A stretch of DNA of 62,888 bases, the filler included, from a bacterium (GTDB taxonomy: Bacteria; UBP15; UBA6099; JAJRTR01), in NCBI GenBank assembly GCA_024278215.1. It is 5 parts of 5 records of this genome, joined end to end, with 100 filler letters (N's around TTAATTAATTAA, not from the genome) between each part and the next. Parts side by side here need not be neighbours in the genome. Positions count along the whole stretch, not along the records: positions 39,617 to 50,401 come from JAJRTR010000035.1; positions 50,502 to 59,459 come from JAJRTR010000037.1; 3 more parts are not named here. One strand, 5' to 3'. The position numbers and the translations under genes were made by a program. Shown in pieces: positions 43,573-52,446 of the stretch (the stretch's first letter is position 1; each line of letters begins with the position of its first letter). The notes beneath the pieces were generated by a model, which did no database searches, was not told the DNA's origin, and was given only the letters and a program-made list of their open reading frames with translations.

Positions 43573-46572
43573 TTATTGTTCTTCGACAGTGATCGACATC
43601 GGCAGGAACGTGAAATCTTCGATATTGTTTCCGTCGAAATCCTTTATCTTGAGCCCGATGGCTTCCAGCGCGCCGGAGCCCGGGTTTTTCGCCATGAAGT
43701 GTATGATCACGAGCGAACCCTCGCCCTTGCCGTTCGAGACGGTGCGCCGTCCGCTTATGCCCGAGACCAGACCGCGCCGGTTATCTATTTCCGGGTCTTT
43801 CCATGGCAGGGGCAGTCCGTTTTCCACGAACAGCGTGCCCTGGGAAACCCTAACAACCTGAAGGACATCGGGATCGAACTCGACAGACAGGTCCACCTGC
43901 GCGAGTCGCATGGCGTCGATCACAAACAGTTCCGCCGGTATGAATGTTCCTTTATATGTGGTTTCCGGCACCCCCGTCCACGCTATAGTGATGGGGAGCG
44001 GGTCCACATCGATCTTTTCTGTTATCGTTTCCGTTTCCGTGCTGTCAGACTCTATCTGTATCCTGTAGGTGAGCGTCCCGACGCGTTCGCCTGTCGCAAT
44101 GACTTTCCAGGAGAACTCGACACTTCCGTCACCCTCGAGCCTCGGGAACGACTGACCTGCTTTGTGCACACGGGGAAAGATCAGTCCATCAGGCAGCAGG
44201 AGTTTCACGCGCAGGTTGTCGATGTGGTAGCGGCCCTTGTTGCGGCACCTGATCTTTACCGGGAACGGAGGACCGTAGGGGCCGTAGTCTCGCTTGTCGA
44301 TGGGAGAGCGCGCGATGCGTTCCGGGGCGATAACGGTCGTGTCGATTCCCGGCGGCGCCAGCAGTGTAACAGTGGTTTGCAGTTCGACATCTTCCACCTC
44401 GCGGGCGTGCCCTACAATTTTTATAATCTTTTCGCCGTCGGCAGCCACTTTCGGCTGGACTACCCAGCCGATCGTCGCTTCGCTGCCGGGCGTAAGCCTG
44501 CCCAGCCGCCTTATGCCGCTGTCGTCGCCTGCGAACTCGAGTCCCCCGGGCAGTTCCATCGCGATCCGCACGTCGTTTAGTTCGATCTCCGAGCTGTTGC
44601 CGATGTAGCCGTAAAGAGTATAAGGCCTGATCTGGTTTTTCGCAGTCGACCATTCACCTAGGCCGCGCACCGCGCCGATACTGAGTATCTCGCCCGCTAC
44701 GTTCAGGTATTCGATGCCGTATAGAGTGGTATATTGGAGTTCGCCGTCCGGCATGATGGTGGCTTCGTCCCAGTAGAGGGCTGTCGCGCTGTCCATCTCG
44801 GACTCGCCCTCTCGCTGGAACGTCTGGCCGGGGTCGTAGGGTATTTCCCATTCGTTGTCGGCCAGTTTGCCCCAGTTGGTGAAGATGACCCTGTCGGGAG
44901 TTGTAAGGCCGGGGCCGCGGAGTGTGCCGCGCGCGACAACGCCGGGGTCTTCCAGCGAATCGTATGCTATCCAGTAGTCCTTGATCTCGACACCTTCGAG
45001 TTCGGTTTCCGATGTAATGCTGTCTTCGCCGACTTTGAAGGGCGAGCCGTCGTTGCTTCCGAGCAATGTGTCGATCACCAGCCTGACTCCCACCCTGTGC
45101 GGCTCCATGCTCGTATTGCGCACAACAGTGTTTATCCGCACCGTGTCCAGAAGCCTCGATACGGGGCCGCCTACGATACTCAGTGTCTGCGTCACTTCGA
45201 GACCGCCGATTTCGCAGGTGGTGGTGATGGCTTTGTCGTCCACTTTCTCCGGCCCCTCGGTGACCTCGCCATACAGCGCGTTGCGCCCTGCCCGCCTGTG
45301 GGTCGGACCGCCGAAAACATAATTCTCTCCGTCGACACGTATTGTCGTGTACGACGTCCACGGCACCGCGCCTCCGTATATCAGTATCTTGTTGTCGTCC
45401 GTATCGCGGAACGGGTCGCCCTTTACTGTCTTCACGAGGAACCGGCCTGTGTCCACCGGCATTGTATTAACATCAATATGAATGAATTCGTTTTCAACAG
45501 AAATTGTTCTGGGACCGCTGTATCCCGGCGGACCGGCAGGCATGAATGAGGTGTCTGTCGACTCGCCTATCACAAATGTGCCCGTGCCGAAATTAAAACC
45601 GCCCGTCGCGAACTCGACCACTGCTGTCGCCGCCATGATCGCATCTTCGGAAACGAGCGTGCCCGGCGCGCCCGCCTTTTTATCATCCGGCACCGGCATT
45701 ACCGGCGGCGCGTTCCCGACATCCGCTTCTTTGTCGTCTCCGGTTGCAGGTTCATTCGTATCACTGACCGGTTCGTTCTCTGCCGACGCTTCATTGCCGG
45801 CGACCGCATCGGCAGGTTTCGAAACTGTTTCTCCAGGCGTCTCCTCTTCAACCGGCGTCGATTCTTTCATTGTTGCCGTATCGTCATCGGCCCCGGCGAC
45901 GGAAGTATCGGTCGCTGGAGCTTTCTCGCTTTCCACAGGCTGCTCGCCCGTGGCGGATTCTTCAGGCCGCGCCGCTTCCGCTACAGGTGTTTCTCCGGCG
46001 GCTTTGCCGACCGCTTTTTCCGCCGCCGCCTTTTCCGCCTTCTTTTCGCCCACCACTTCGCTGAGCACATCGTCAAGCGCCTGTTTCGGCATGTTTTTGA
46101 AAAGCTGTTCATCGTCCGTTTCGGAAACTTCTTTGTCCGCCGCGTCCCCGGCGGGTGGGTTCTTGTCATCGCCGGCCTCGAACGACACAATGGCGTTCGA
46201 CTCGATTGTCACTTCGCCGGTCGCCGCCTCTTCCTTTTCTTTTTTTCCTTTATCGCCGTCATAGAAGCCGATAGACGCGCCCGCTTTTATACTCACCTCT
46301 TCGGCTTCCTTCTTTTTTTCTCCGGGCTTTTTATCCTCGACCGGCTTTTCGGCGGGTGTTTCCGCCGTTCTGACGATTTCAATATCTGTTACCGATATTT
46401 CGCCGCCCTCTTCGTCGACAGCAACTGTTCCGGTCGCTTCCGGGACGGTTTTCGCCGCTTCGGCATCCTGTGCCGCAGCCGGTGAATACGCGAAAAAGGC
46501 CGCCGAAGCGGCGATTATCAACATTATCGAAAACAACCTGAAAGTTGCCAGTTGGCATTTAATCCTTTTCAT
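43573..46572 (-). CDS. Large secreted protein: acidic low-complexity N-region, beta-rich core, Ig-like repeats, C-terminal cohesin-like domain
   Basis: Signal peptide; ~300 aa E/A/K/P-rich region; core GDP....DDNK.LIYG..PWTSYTT.RVDG; cohesin-like VEFDPDVLQVV.V.QG.LF...GEGSLV.I.F.AK.PG. Confidence 0.75.
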   Translation of the reverse strand: MKRIKCQLATFRLFSIMLIIAASAAFFAYSPAAAQDAEAAKTVPEATGTVAVDEEGGEISVTDIEIVRTAETPAEKPVEDKKPGEKKKEAEEVSIKAGASIGFYDGDKGKKEKEEAATGEVTIESNAIVSFEAGDDKNPPAGDAADKEVSETDDEQLFKNMPKQALDDVLSEVVGEKKAEKAAAEKAVGKAAGETPVAEAARPEESATGEQPVESEKAPATDTSVAGADDDTATMKESTPVEEETPGETVSKPADAVAGNEASAENEPVSDTNEPATGDDKEADVGNAPPVMPVPDDKKAGAPGTLVSEDAIMAATAVVEFATGGFNFGTGTFVIGESTDTSFMPAGPPGYSGPRTISVENEFIHIDVNTMPVDTGRFLVKTVKGDPFRDTDDNKILIYGGAVPWTSYTTIRVDGENYVFGGPTHRRAGRNALYGEVTEGPEKVDDKAITTTCEIGGLEVTQTLSIVGGPVSRLLDTVRINTVVRNTSMEPHRVGVRLVIDTLLGSNDGSPFKVGEDSITSETELEGVEIKDYWIAYDSLEDPGVVARGTLRGPGLTTPDRVIFTNWGKLADNEWEIPYDPGQTFQREGESEMDSATALYWDEATIMPDGELQYTTLYGIEYLNVAGEILSIGAVRGLGEWSTAKNQIRPYTLYGYIGNSSEIELNDVRIAMELPGGLEFAGDDSGIRRLGRLTPGSEATIGWVVQPKVAADGEKIIKIVGHAREVEDVELQTTVTLLAPPGIDTTVIAPERIARSPIDKRDYGPYGPPFPVKIRCRNKGRYHIDNLRVKLLLPDGLIFPRVHKAGQSFPRLEGDGSVEFSWKVIATGERVGTLTYRIQIESDSTETETITEKIDVDPLPITIAWTGVPETTYKGTFIPAELFVIDAMRLAQVDLSVEFDPDVLQVVRVSQGTLFVENGLPLPWKDPEIDNRRGLVSGISGRRTVSNGKGEGSLVIIHFMAKNPGSGALEAIGLKIKDFDGNNIEDFTFLPMSITVEEQ

Positions 46573-47564
46573 CTCGGCATTATCTCACATCCGGGATACG
46601 AGCCGCATCTGCATACGACATAGTCCCTGTAATATTTTTCTCCGCCCCCGACAGCCGCTTCACGCTTGAAACGGCTCCGTATAATCCTCATAGTCTGTGC
46701 TATCGTCGCTGTGTCGAAGCTGGTAGTGCTGCCTTTGAATTTGATGTTGAGCGGTTTCCCTTTTATATATTCGATCTCGTATTGGAACTGGAGGCTGTCA
46801 TTGTTGGCGTCGTCCTTTTTGCAGTCCGGCACACCGTGTGAGGAAAGACTGAACGCGCCCGGCGGGAACGGGCCTGCCGCGGCGCGCGCGGCTGCCTCTC
46901 GGCGTGCCGCTTCTTCCGCTCGCCTGCGGGCCTCTTCCTCTTTCCTTCGCTTTTCTTCCGCTGCTTTACGTTTCGCTTCAGCTTCAGCTTTTTTCCGCGC
47001 CTCGGCCTCCGCTTTGCGTTTCGCCTCGGCCTCGGCCTTTATCCGAGCCTCTTCTTCAGCTTTAGCCTGCGCTTCCTCGGCGGCCTTTCTGCTCGCTTCT
47101 TCCTGCGCCTGTTGTTCTTCAAGTTGTTTTTTTTCGGTCTCGGCGGCCTGTGCCAGTTGTTCCTGTCGTTTGCGCTCTTCTTCGGATTTCTTCCGCACTT
47201 CCTCGGCTTTGCGTTTCGCTTCAGCTTCAGCTTTTTTTCGCGCCTCTTCTTCTGTTTTACGCTTCGCCTCGGCCGCGGCTTCGGCTTTCTCACGCGCCTC
47301 TTTCTCGGCTTTCTGCTTTTCCTCGGCCGCCTTCTGCTTTCTTGCTTCTTCCTGCGCCTTTTTCACCTCTATGGATTGTGTCGGCGCTGTGACAATGTCT
47401 ATCGGCACATGGTTGAGCCTGCTCCTGCCCTTCTCGTAATTGCCCGAGCGGATCAGGAGCGCGATCACCATGAAAAAAAGCAGGTGTATAAGCAACGACA
47501 TTAAAAATGACGCAACTCGTACATTCGCTTCACTGGTTGGTTTCTTCTTTTGTTTCAGGCTCAT
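46569..47564 (-). CDS. TolA/TonB-like energy transducer with atypical Cys-containing C-terminal domain
   Basis: TM helix SLLIH (S-x3-H motif), long KAEAEAKRK helical repeat; directly follows exbD. Confidence 0.8.
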   Translation of the reverse strand: MSLKQKKKPTSEANVRVASFLMSLLIHLLFFMVIALLIRSGNYEKGRSRLNHVPIDIVTAPTQSIEVKKAQEEARKQKAAEEKQKAEKEAREKAEAAAEAKRKTEEEARKKAEAEAKRKAEEVRKKSEEERKRQEQLAQAAETEKKQLEEQQAQEEASRKAAEEAQAKAEEEARIKAEAEAKRKAEAEARKKAEAEAKRKAAEEKRRKEEEARRRAEEAARREAAARAAAGPFPPGAFSLSSHGVPDCKKDDANNDSLQFQYEIEYIKGKPLNIKFKGSTTSFDTATIAQTMRIIRSRFKREAAVGGGEKYYRDYVVCRCGSYPGCEIMPR

Positions 47565-47970
47565 ATTTCTTTTCAGTCTGGAGAGATAGTTTTGTGCCGC
47601 CGGATTTCCTGACAATATCGAGAACGGAGATCAGCTTTTCGTAAGGCACACTCCGCGCGGCGCCGATAATAAAAGGAACGTCGGCTTCTTTGGCGATCCT
47701 GTTCTTTACCATCTGGCCGAGTGTGTCTTCGTTTACTTCGAGATCGTTGTAGTAGACCGCCATGTTTTCGTCGATTGCGATCTGGACATGTTCGGGCATT
47801 TTTTCAGCGGTGGCGGCCTTCGGCAGGTTCACCTTCATGCCTGTCTGCGTTGTGATCATTGTGGTGGAAGCCGCGAAGAAGATGATCAGGATAAAGGCAC
47901 AGTCGATGAGAGGGGTGAACTCGACACGGGGCTCGGTGCGGCGCGATCTTCTATCCCTCAGTTTCATCAC
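47530..47970 (-). CDS. exbD: ExbD/TolR biopolymer transport protein
   Basis: TPLIDCAFILIIFF, VNLPKA, VPYEKLISVLD. Confidence 0.92.
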   Translation of the reverse strand: MMKLRDRRSRRTEPRVEFTPLIDCAFILIIFFAASTTMITTQTGMKVNLPKAATAEKMPEHVQIAIDENMAVYYNDLEVNEDTLGQMVKNRIAKEADVPFIIGAARSVPYEKLISVLDIVRKSGGTKLSLQTEKKYEPETKEETNQ

Positions 47971-48583
47971 GAACCTCCTTGCGGATAAAGTTCAGCAGCT
48001 CGGTGACGGCTTTTTCCATCTGGTTCATGATCTTTTCAACCTGAGTCGCAAGCAAGTTGTGCAGGATCAGGAAAATGATGGCGATGATAAGTCCGGTAGC
48101 TGTTGTGATGAGCGCTTCGGCGATACCACCGGACAGGGCTTCGCTGTTGCCTATCTCGCCGCCTGCGATAACCTGGAAAAGTTTCATCAGCCCCGTGATG
48201 GTACCCAGCAGCCCGAGCAGCGGCGAGATCGTGATAATGGTCGACAGCGTAGCAAGCCCGCGCTCGAGCCGGGGCGTCTCGTCGAGAAATGCTTCCTCGA
48301 CCCCTTCTTTGATCTCCTCGGAGGAGAGCCCGAGCAGGTCGATTGCTGCCGAAAGCACTCTCGCCACAGGACCGGGCGTGGCATCACAATAACCGACGGC
48401 AACCCTCGAATCACGGTTCTTCAGCGCCTGCTTCACTTTATTCATCAGTTTGCCGGGGTCGATCATGGCACGCCTCAGGTTGTAGAACCTCTCGATGGTG
48501 ATGCCGAGCGCTACGACCGAGAGTATAAGCAGCGGCCACATTACCGGGCCACCCTTACTGATAATATCAAATATGGCGTTCAT
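47951..48583 (-). CDS. exbB: MotA/TolQ/ExbB proton channel protein
   Basis: GGPVMWPL, PLLGLLGTITG, GIAEALITTATGL; AGGAGG SD before the ATG at 48583. Confidence 0.93.
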   Translation of the reverse strand: MNAIFDIISKGGPVMWPLLILSVVALGITIERFYNLRRAMIDPGKLMNKVKQALKNRDSRVAVGYCDATPGPVARVLSAAIDLLGLSSEEIKEGVEEAFLDETPRLERGLATLSTIITISPLLGLLGTITGLMKLFQVIAGGEIGNSEALSGGIAEALITTATGLIIAIIFLILHNLLATQVEKIMNQMEKAVTELLNFIRKEVRDETEG

Positions 48584-48690
48584 AAGAATTCCTCCTGCAA
48601 CTGCGCATTGACTATATGCAAAAATGCACATTTCGTATCAATTGTGATCAAACAGCTACAATACGTTGCATTTCGCAGGTCTTTCAGGCT

Positions 48691-48719
48691 ATTTTATTAT
48701 GATGTACTATAAAAAGCAA
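48691..48719 (-). promoter_or_regulatory. Candidate promoter of the exbB operon
   Basis: On the minus strand, TTGCTT-17-TAAAAT. Confidence 0.55.
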
Positions 48720-48873
48720 CACTTGTTAATAAAAATAGTTAAGTATAGGTGAGGGTAAAAACGCACACATGTGCCTATACTGAACTATGTGTGACTATGC
48801 CTAAACACCTGCGACTCTACTTGCCCACACCACTTTCCTCTCACTCCGTTTCTTCTTCATTATGGCGCGCGTA

Positions 48874-48902
48874 TTGACCCGCTTACACGGTACATGTAAT
48901 AT
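48874..48902 (+). promoter_or_regulatory. Candidate promoter of hisC-cmk
   Basis: TTGACC-17-TAATAT. Confidence 0.5.
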
Positions 48903-49052
48903 ATTGCTATTGCGTTTTCGAGGGTTCACCACCCTGCTTGTGCCTGTCGAGGCGTTTTTTCGATATGGGGCGTAAGGAACATACTCGGGAATGCGCCTTT
49001 TTCTGCGTCGATTGCACTGTTTAGACAAGTGAAACCGGGGAGGGTGTCACAA

Positions 49053-50153
49053 ATGGACATAAAAAAACTCGTACATAAACATATTTTCGATATTAAACCG
49101 TATATCCCGGGCAAGCCTGTGGAGGAGGTCCAGCGCGAACTTGGCCTGTCCGATGTGCTGAAACTCGCGTCGAACGAAAACCTTTTCGGCCCGTCGCCGA
49201 AAGTAGTCGAAGCAATCCGGGCGGCGGCGTCGGATGTCAACTACTACCCCGACGGCGGCGCATACTACCTGCGCGAGAAGCTCGCCGCCCGCTTCGGCGT
49301 TAAATTCGAAAATGTTGTCGTCGGCAACGGCACCGACGAACTTATCCGCATTCTCTGCACCGCGACCCTGGGGCCGGAGGACGAAGTCGTTTTCGCCGAT
49401 CCATCGTTTGTTATGTACAAGATTTCCGCTATGGTGTCGGACGCCACGCTCGTGTCGGTAGCCCTGCGCGACGATCTTACACACGACATCCCCGCCATGC
49501 TCGACAGGGTAACAGACCGCACAAAACTCCTTTTTGTTTGCAACCCGAACAACCCGACCGGCACTTTCAACAAAAAGGACGATATCCGGAAACTTATCGA
49601 CGAAGTCCCCGATCATGTGCTGGTGGTTTTCGACGAAGCCTACTACGAATATGCCGACGACCCGGATTATCCACAGACGCTGGATTATTTCAAAGCGGGC
49701 AAGGATGTCGTCGTGCTGCGTACATTTTCGAAGATATACGGCCTGGCAGGGTTGCGTATCGGCTACGGTTTTGTAAGCGAGGAAATGGGCGATGTAGTAC
49801 ACAGGGTCCGCAACCCGTTCAACGTAAACCAGTTGGCGCAGACGGCTGCGATGGCTGCCCTGGACGATCAGGAACATGTGCGCTCGGCTATCGAATTCTG
49901 CAAAAAAGGCAGGTCGCAGCTTTACGCGGAATTCGATAAAATGGGACTTTCCTATGCGCCGACACAGGCGAATTTCATACTGGTGGACGTCGGTCGCGAC
50001 TCGGTCGAGGTGTTCGGCGAACTGCTGAAAAAGGGAGTCATCGTGAGACCCGGCACGCATCTCGGTTTCCCGACCCGTCTCAGGATAACTATGGGCAGCG
50101 AAAGTGACAATGAGAAACTTGTCCGGGCCTTGAAAGAAGTGCTCGGGAAGTAG
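49053..50153 (+). CDS. hisC: Histidinol-phosphate aminotransferase
   Basis: KLASNEN, NPNNPTG, DEAYYEY, RTFSKIYGLAGLRIGY. Confidence 0.96.
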   Translation: MDIKKLVHKHIFDIKPYIPGKPVEEVQRELGLSDVLKLASNENLFGPSPKVVEAIRAAASDVNYYPDGGAYYLREKLAARFGVKFENVVVGNGTDELIRILCTATLGPEDEVVFADPSFVMYKISAMVSDATLVSVALRDDLTHDIPAMLDRVTDRTKLLFVCNPNNPTGTFNKKDDIRKLIDEVPDHVLVVFDEAYYEYADDPDYPQTLDYFKAGKDVVVLRTFSKIYGLAGLRIGYGFVSEEMGDVVHRVRNPFNVNQLAQTAAMAALDDQEHVRSAIEFCKKGRSQLYAEFDKMGLSYAPTQANFILVDVGRDSVEVFGELLKKGVIVRPGTHLGFPTRLRITMGSESDNEKLVRALKEVLGK

Positions 50154-50193
50154 AAACCATGTCAAGCCGAGGTATTCCCCCGGTTGCGCGTAA

Positions 50194-50401
<208 letters not shown>

Positions 50402-50501
50402 NNNNNNNNNNNNNNNNNNNNNNNNNNNNNNNNNNNNNNNNNNNNTTAATTAATTAANNNNNNNNNNNNNNNNNNNNNNNNNNNNNNNNNNNNNNNNNNN
50501 N
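50402..50501. other. Artificial contig linker
   Basis: N44-TTAATTAATTAA-N44. Confidence 0.99.
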
Positions 50502-50981
50502 AGGCCGGATGCCGTCCGCCGCGCGGGCCGCCCGGCGCAGCAGGCGGGAGATCATTTCACTTTCCATGTGGCCGCCCGCCACGGCATCGCCTGTCGCCAT
50601 CGCTGGCGGGAAAAGTTCCACCGACGACGCCATCAGTTCTTTCAACGCGGGGTCCTTCTTCTCGGCGAGGAATGCGGCGTCGAGCGTACTCAGCGGCCTT
50701 ACCATCGGCCATATCACACCAGCGATAAGACCTGTGGCGCCAACCGCGGCGGCGGCGGCCAGGAGCACAAATCTCACATTGCCCGCAGCCCCGAGCAGAG
50801 CACCCGGCGCGATTATCACCGCCATGAGCACAAGCGTAACCAGTAGCCCACGCACCGCTGCGCAGATGCGCCACGCGGACAGCAGCCCGCGCAGTTTGCC
50901 GTTTATCTTCCTGTATGCCGCTCTGTCTTCGCTGTTCATGACTGCCTTTTCCGGACGGTTGCGCCTTTCCATGATGTACAC
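50502..50981 (-). CDS. Membrane protein N-terminus (DUF4175-like), 3' truncated
   Basis: Two TM helices followed by AAFLAEKKDPALKELMASSVEL; runs into the contig end. Confidence 0.55.
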
Positions 50982-51149
50982 GGGGAACCGATCGGAAGAT
51001 TATACAACCATTATATTACTTATCGCGAATAAATAAATGTCGACACGGTATGATCCACATATTCGCGCTCCCGGTTTTTGACATTCTGAGCGTATAATGC
51101 AAAGAAGAGACAAAAAATGTATAATTGCATAACAGAGGAGGTGTTCCAT

Positions 51150-51785
51150 TTGGAAAAGGAATTCACCGAACTGAAAGATTACGTAGTCAACGGCAAAGCG
51201 GAAGAGGCAGTGGAACTTGTCAACAAGCTGATCGACGGGGGCGGTAAAGCCGGCGATATCATCGACAGGGGACTTATCCCCGCGATGGCCGAAGTGGGGG
51301 ACAAGTTTCAGCAGCACGAGTTTTTCATACCCGAACTGCTGGTGGCGGCGCGTGCGATGGAAACGTGCATGAAGATACTGGAGCCGCTGCTTGTGGAACA
51401 GAAAGTAAAGTCCAAGGGCGTGGCGGTTGTCGGTACAGTGAAGGGCGACCTGCACGACATCGGAAAAAACATCGTGGCAGCGATGCTCAAGGGCGCGGGA
51501 TTCGGGATAGTCGATCTCGGTGCCGATGTGCCTGCCGAGAAGTTCGCGAGCGCGGTCAGGGAACATAACGCCGACGTGATTGCTGTTTCCGCGCTGCTGA
51601 CGACAACGATGAAGAACATGCGCGACGTGATACAGACACTCGAGACGCAGGGCGTGCGCGACAGTGTGAAAATCATGGTGGGCGGCGCTCCGCTGACGCA
51701 AAAGTACGCCGACGAGATAGGCGCGGACGGCTATGGCGCGGATGCTGCCGACGCGGTGAAACTCGCAAAACAACTGGTGGGATAG
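51150..51785 (+). CDS. Cobalamin-binding corrinoid protein (MtbC/MetH B12-domain type)
   Basis: GTVKGDLHDIGKNIV (DxHxxG), SALLTTTM, MVGGAP; TTG start after a GAGGAGG SD. Confidence 0.95.
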   Translation: MEKEFTELKDYVVNGKAEEAVELVNKLIDGGGKAGDIIDRGLIPAMAEVGDKFQQHEFFIPELLVAARAMETCMKILEPLLVEQKVKSKGVAVVGTVKGDLHDIGKNIVAAMLKGAGFGIVDLGADVPAEKFASAVREHNADVIAVSALLTTTMKNMRDVIQTLETQGVRDSVKIMVGGAPLTQKYADEIGADGYGADAADAVKLAKQLVG

Positions 51786-51787
51786 TT

Positions 51788-52294
51788 TTGCGATTTTTTC
51801 ATGCAGCCGACATTGCGGGTTCATTGCTTCCGGACGCGGTAGCCGGATGTATACACCGGCGGTTGTTTGTGTACGCGCTCTGTTTTTCTCTGTTTTTCGT
51901 TTTTTGTCATTTCATACCCGCCCATGCAGCCGACCGCTCATGGGCCGACAGTTATTTCGAGCCGGGAACAATTGAATGTGACATATTTTCAGGGCACTCC
52001 GGAGGTCTGAAAACCGGCAGTTTTGCCCTGTCCCACGATAACATTCCATCTCACATAACACTGGAAACCCACACACCCGACATTGAATCAACATTCCTTA
52101 ACAGAGTAAACGCAGAACTCGCCTTCGAGCTTCAAGCCGCCCAAAAAAGCATCAAAGATTTGCACACAATGGGTGAAGGCTATCTGATATTGATTGCCTC
52201 GATAGACAAACCGCTCGACGAGCAACTACGAGCTCTCAAAAACCGGCTGGCTCAAAAAAAAGTCGCAGGTCAGCAGCCCCTTATTTTCCCGTAA
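51788..52294 (+). CDS. Hypothetical protein, possibly exported
   Basis: 168-codon ORF immediately after the corrinoid gene with a hydrophobic segment ending AHA; no family recognised. Confidence 0.4.
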   Translation: MRFFHAADIAGSLLPDAVAGCIHRRLFVYALCFSLFFVFCHFIPAHAADRSWADSYFEPGTIECDIFSGHSGGLKTGSFALSHDNIPSHITLETHTPDIESTFLNRVNAELAFELQAAQKSIKDLHTMGEGYLILIASIDKPLDEQLRALKNRLAQKKVAGQQPLIFP

Positions 52295-52446
52295 ACGACA
52301 GAATGTTGCCGCTAATATCTTTATGGTGAAAGCCGGCACTTTCTGTTGTACAAAATTTATTTGATAAATCAGCCGACGACAAACTAAAATATATGATTCG
52401 GACTTTCCGAAAATTCTGATATTACACGGGATAACTTGGTGATTTT

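Noticed and set aside
46666-47439. 257-aa Ser/Ala/Phe-rich + strand ORF and short tandem repeats
   Set aside because: Antisense mirror of the TolA-like KAEAEAKRK repeats; coding repeats, not a CRISPR array.
50990-51150. Cobalamin riboswitch upstream of the corrinoid gene (also checked upstream of exbB and rcnA)
   Set aside because: No B12-box or GGGAA..GCCACTG core recognisable by eye.
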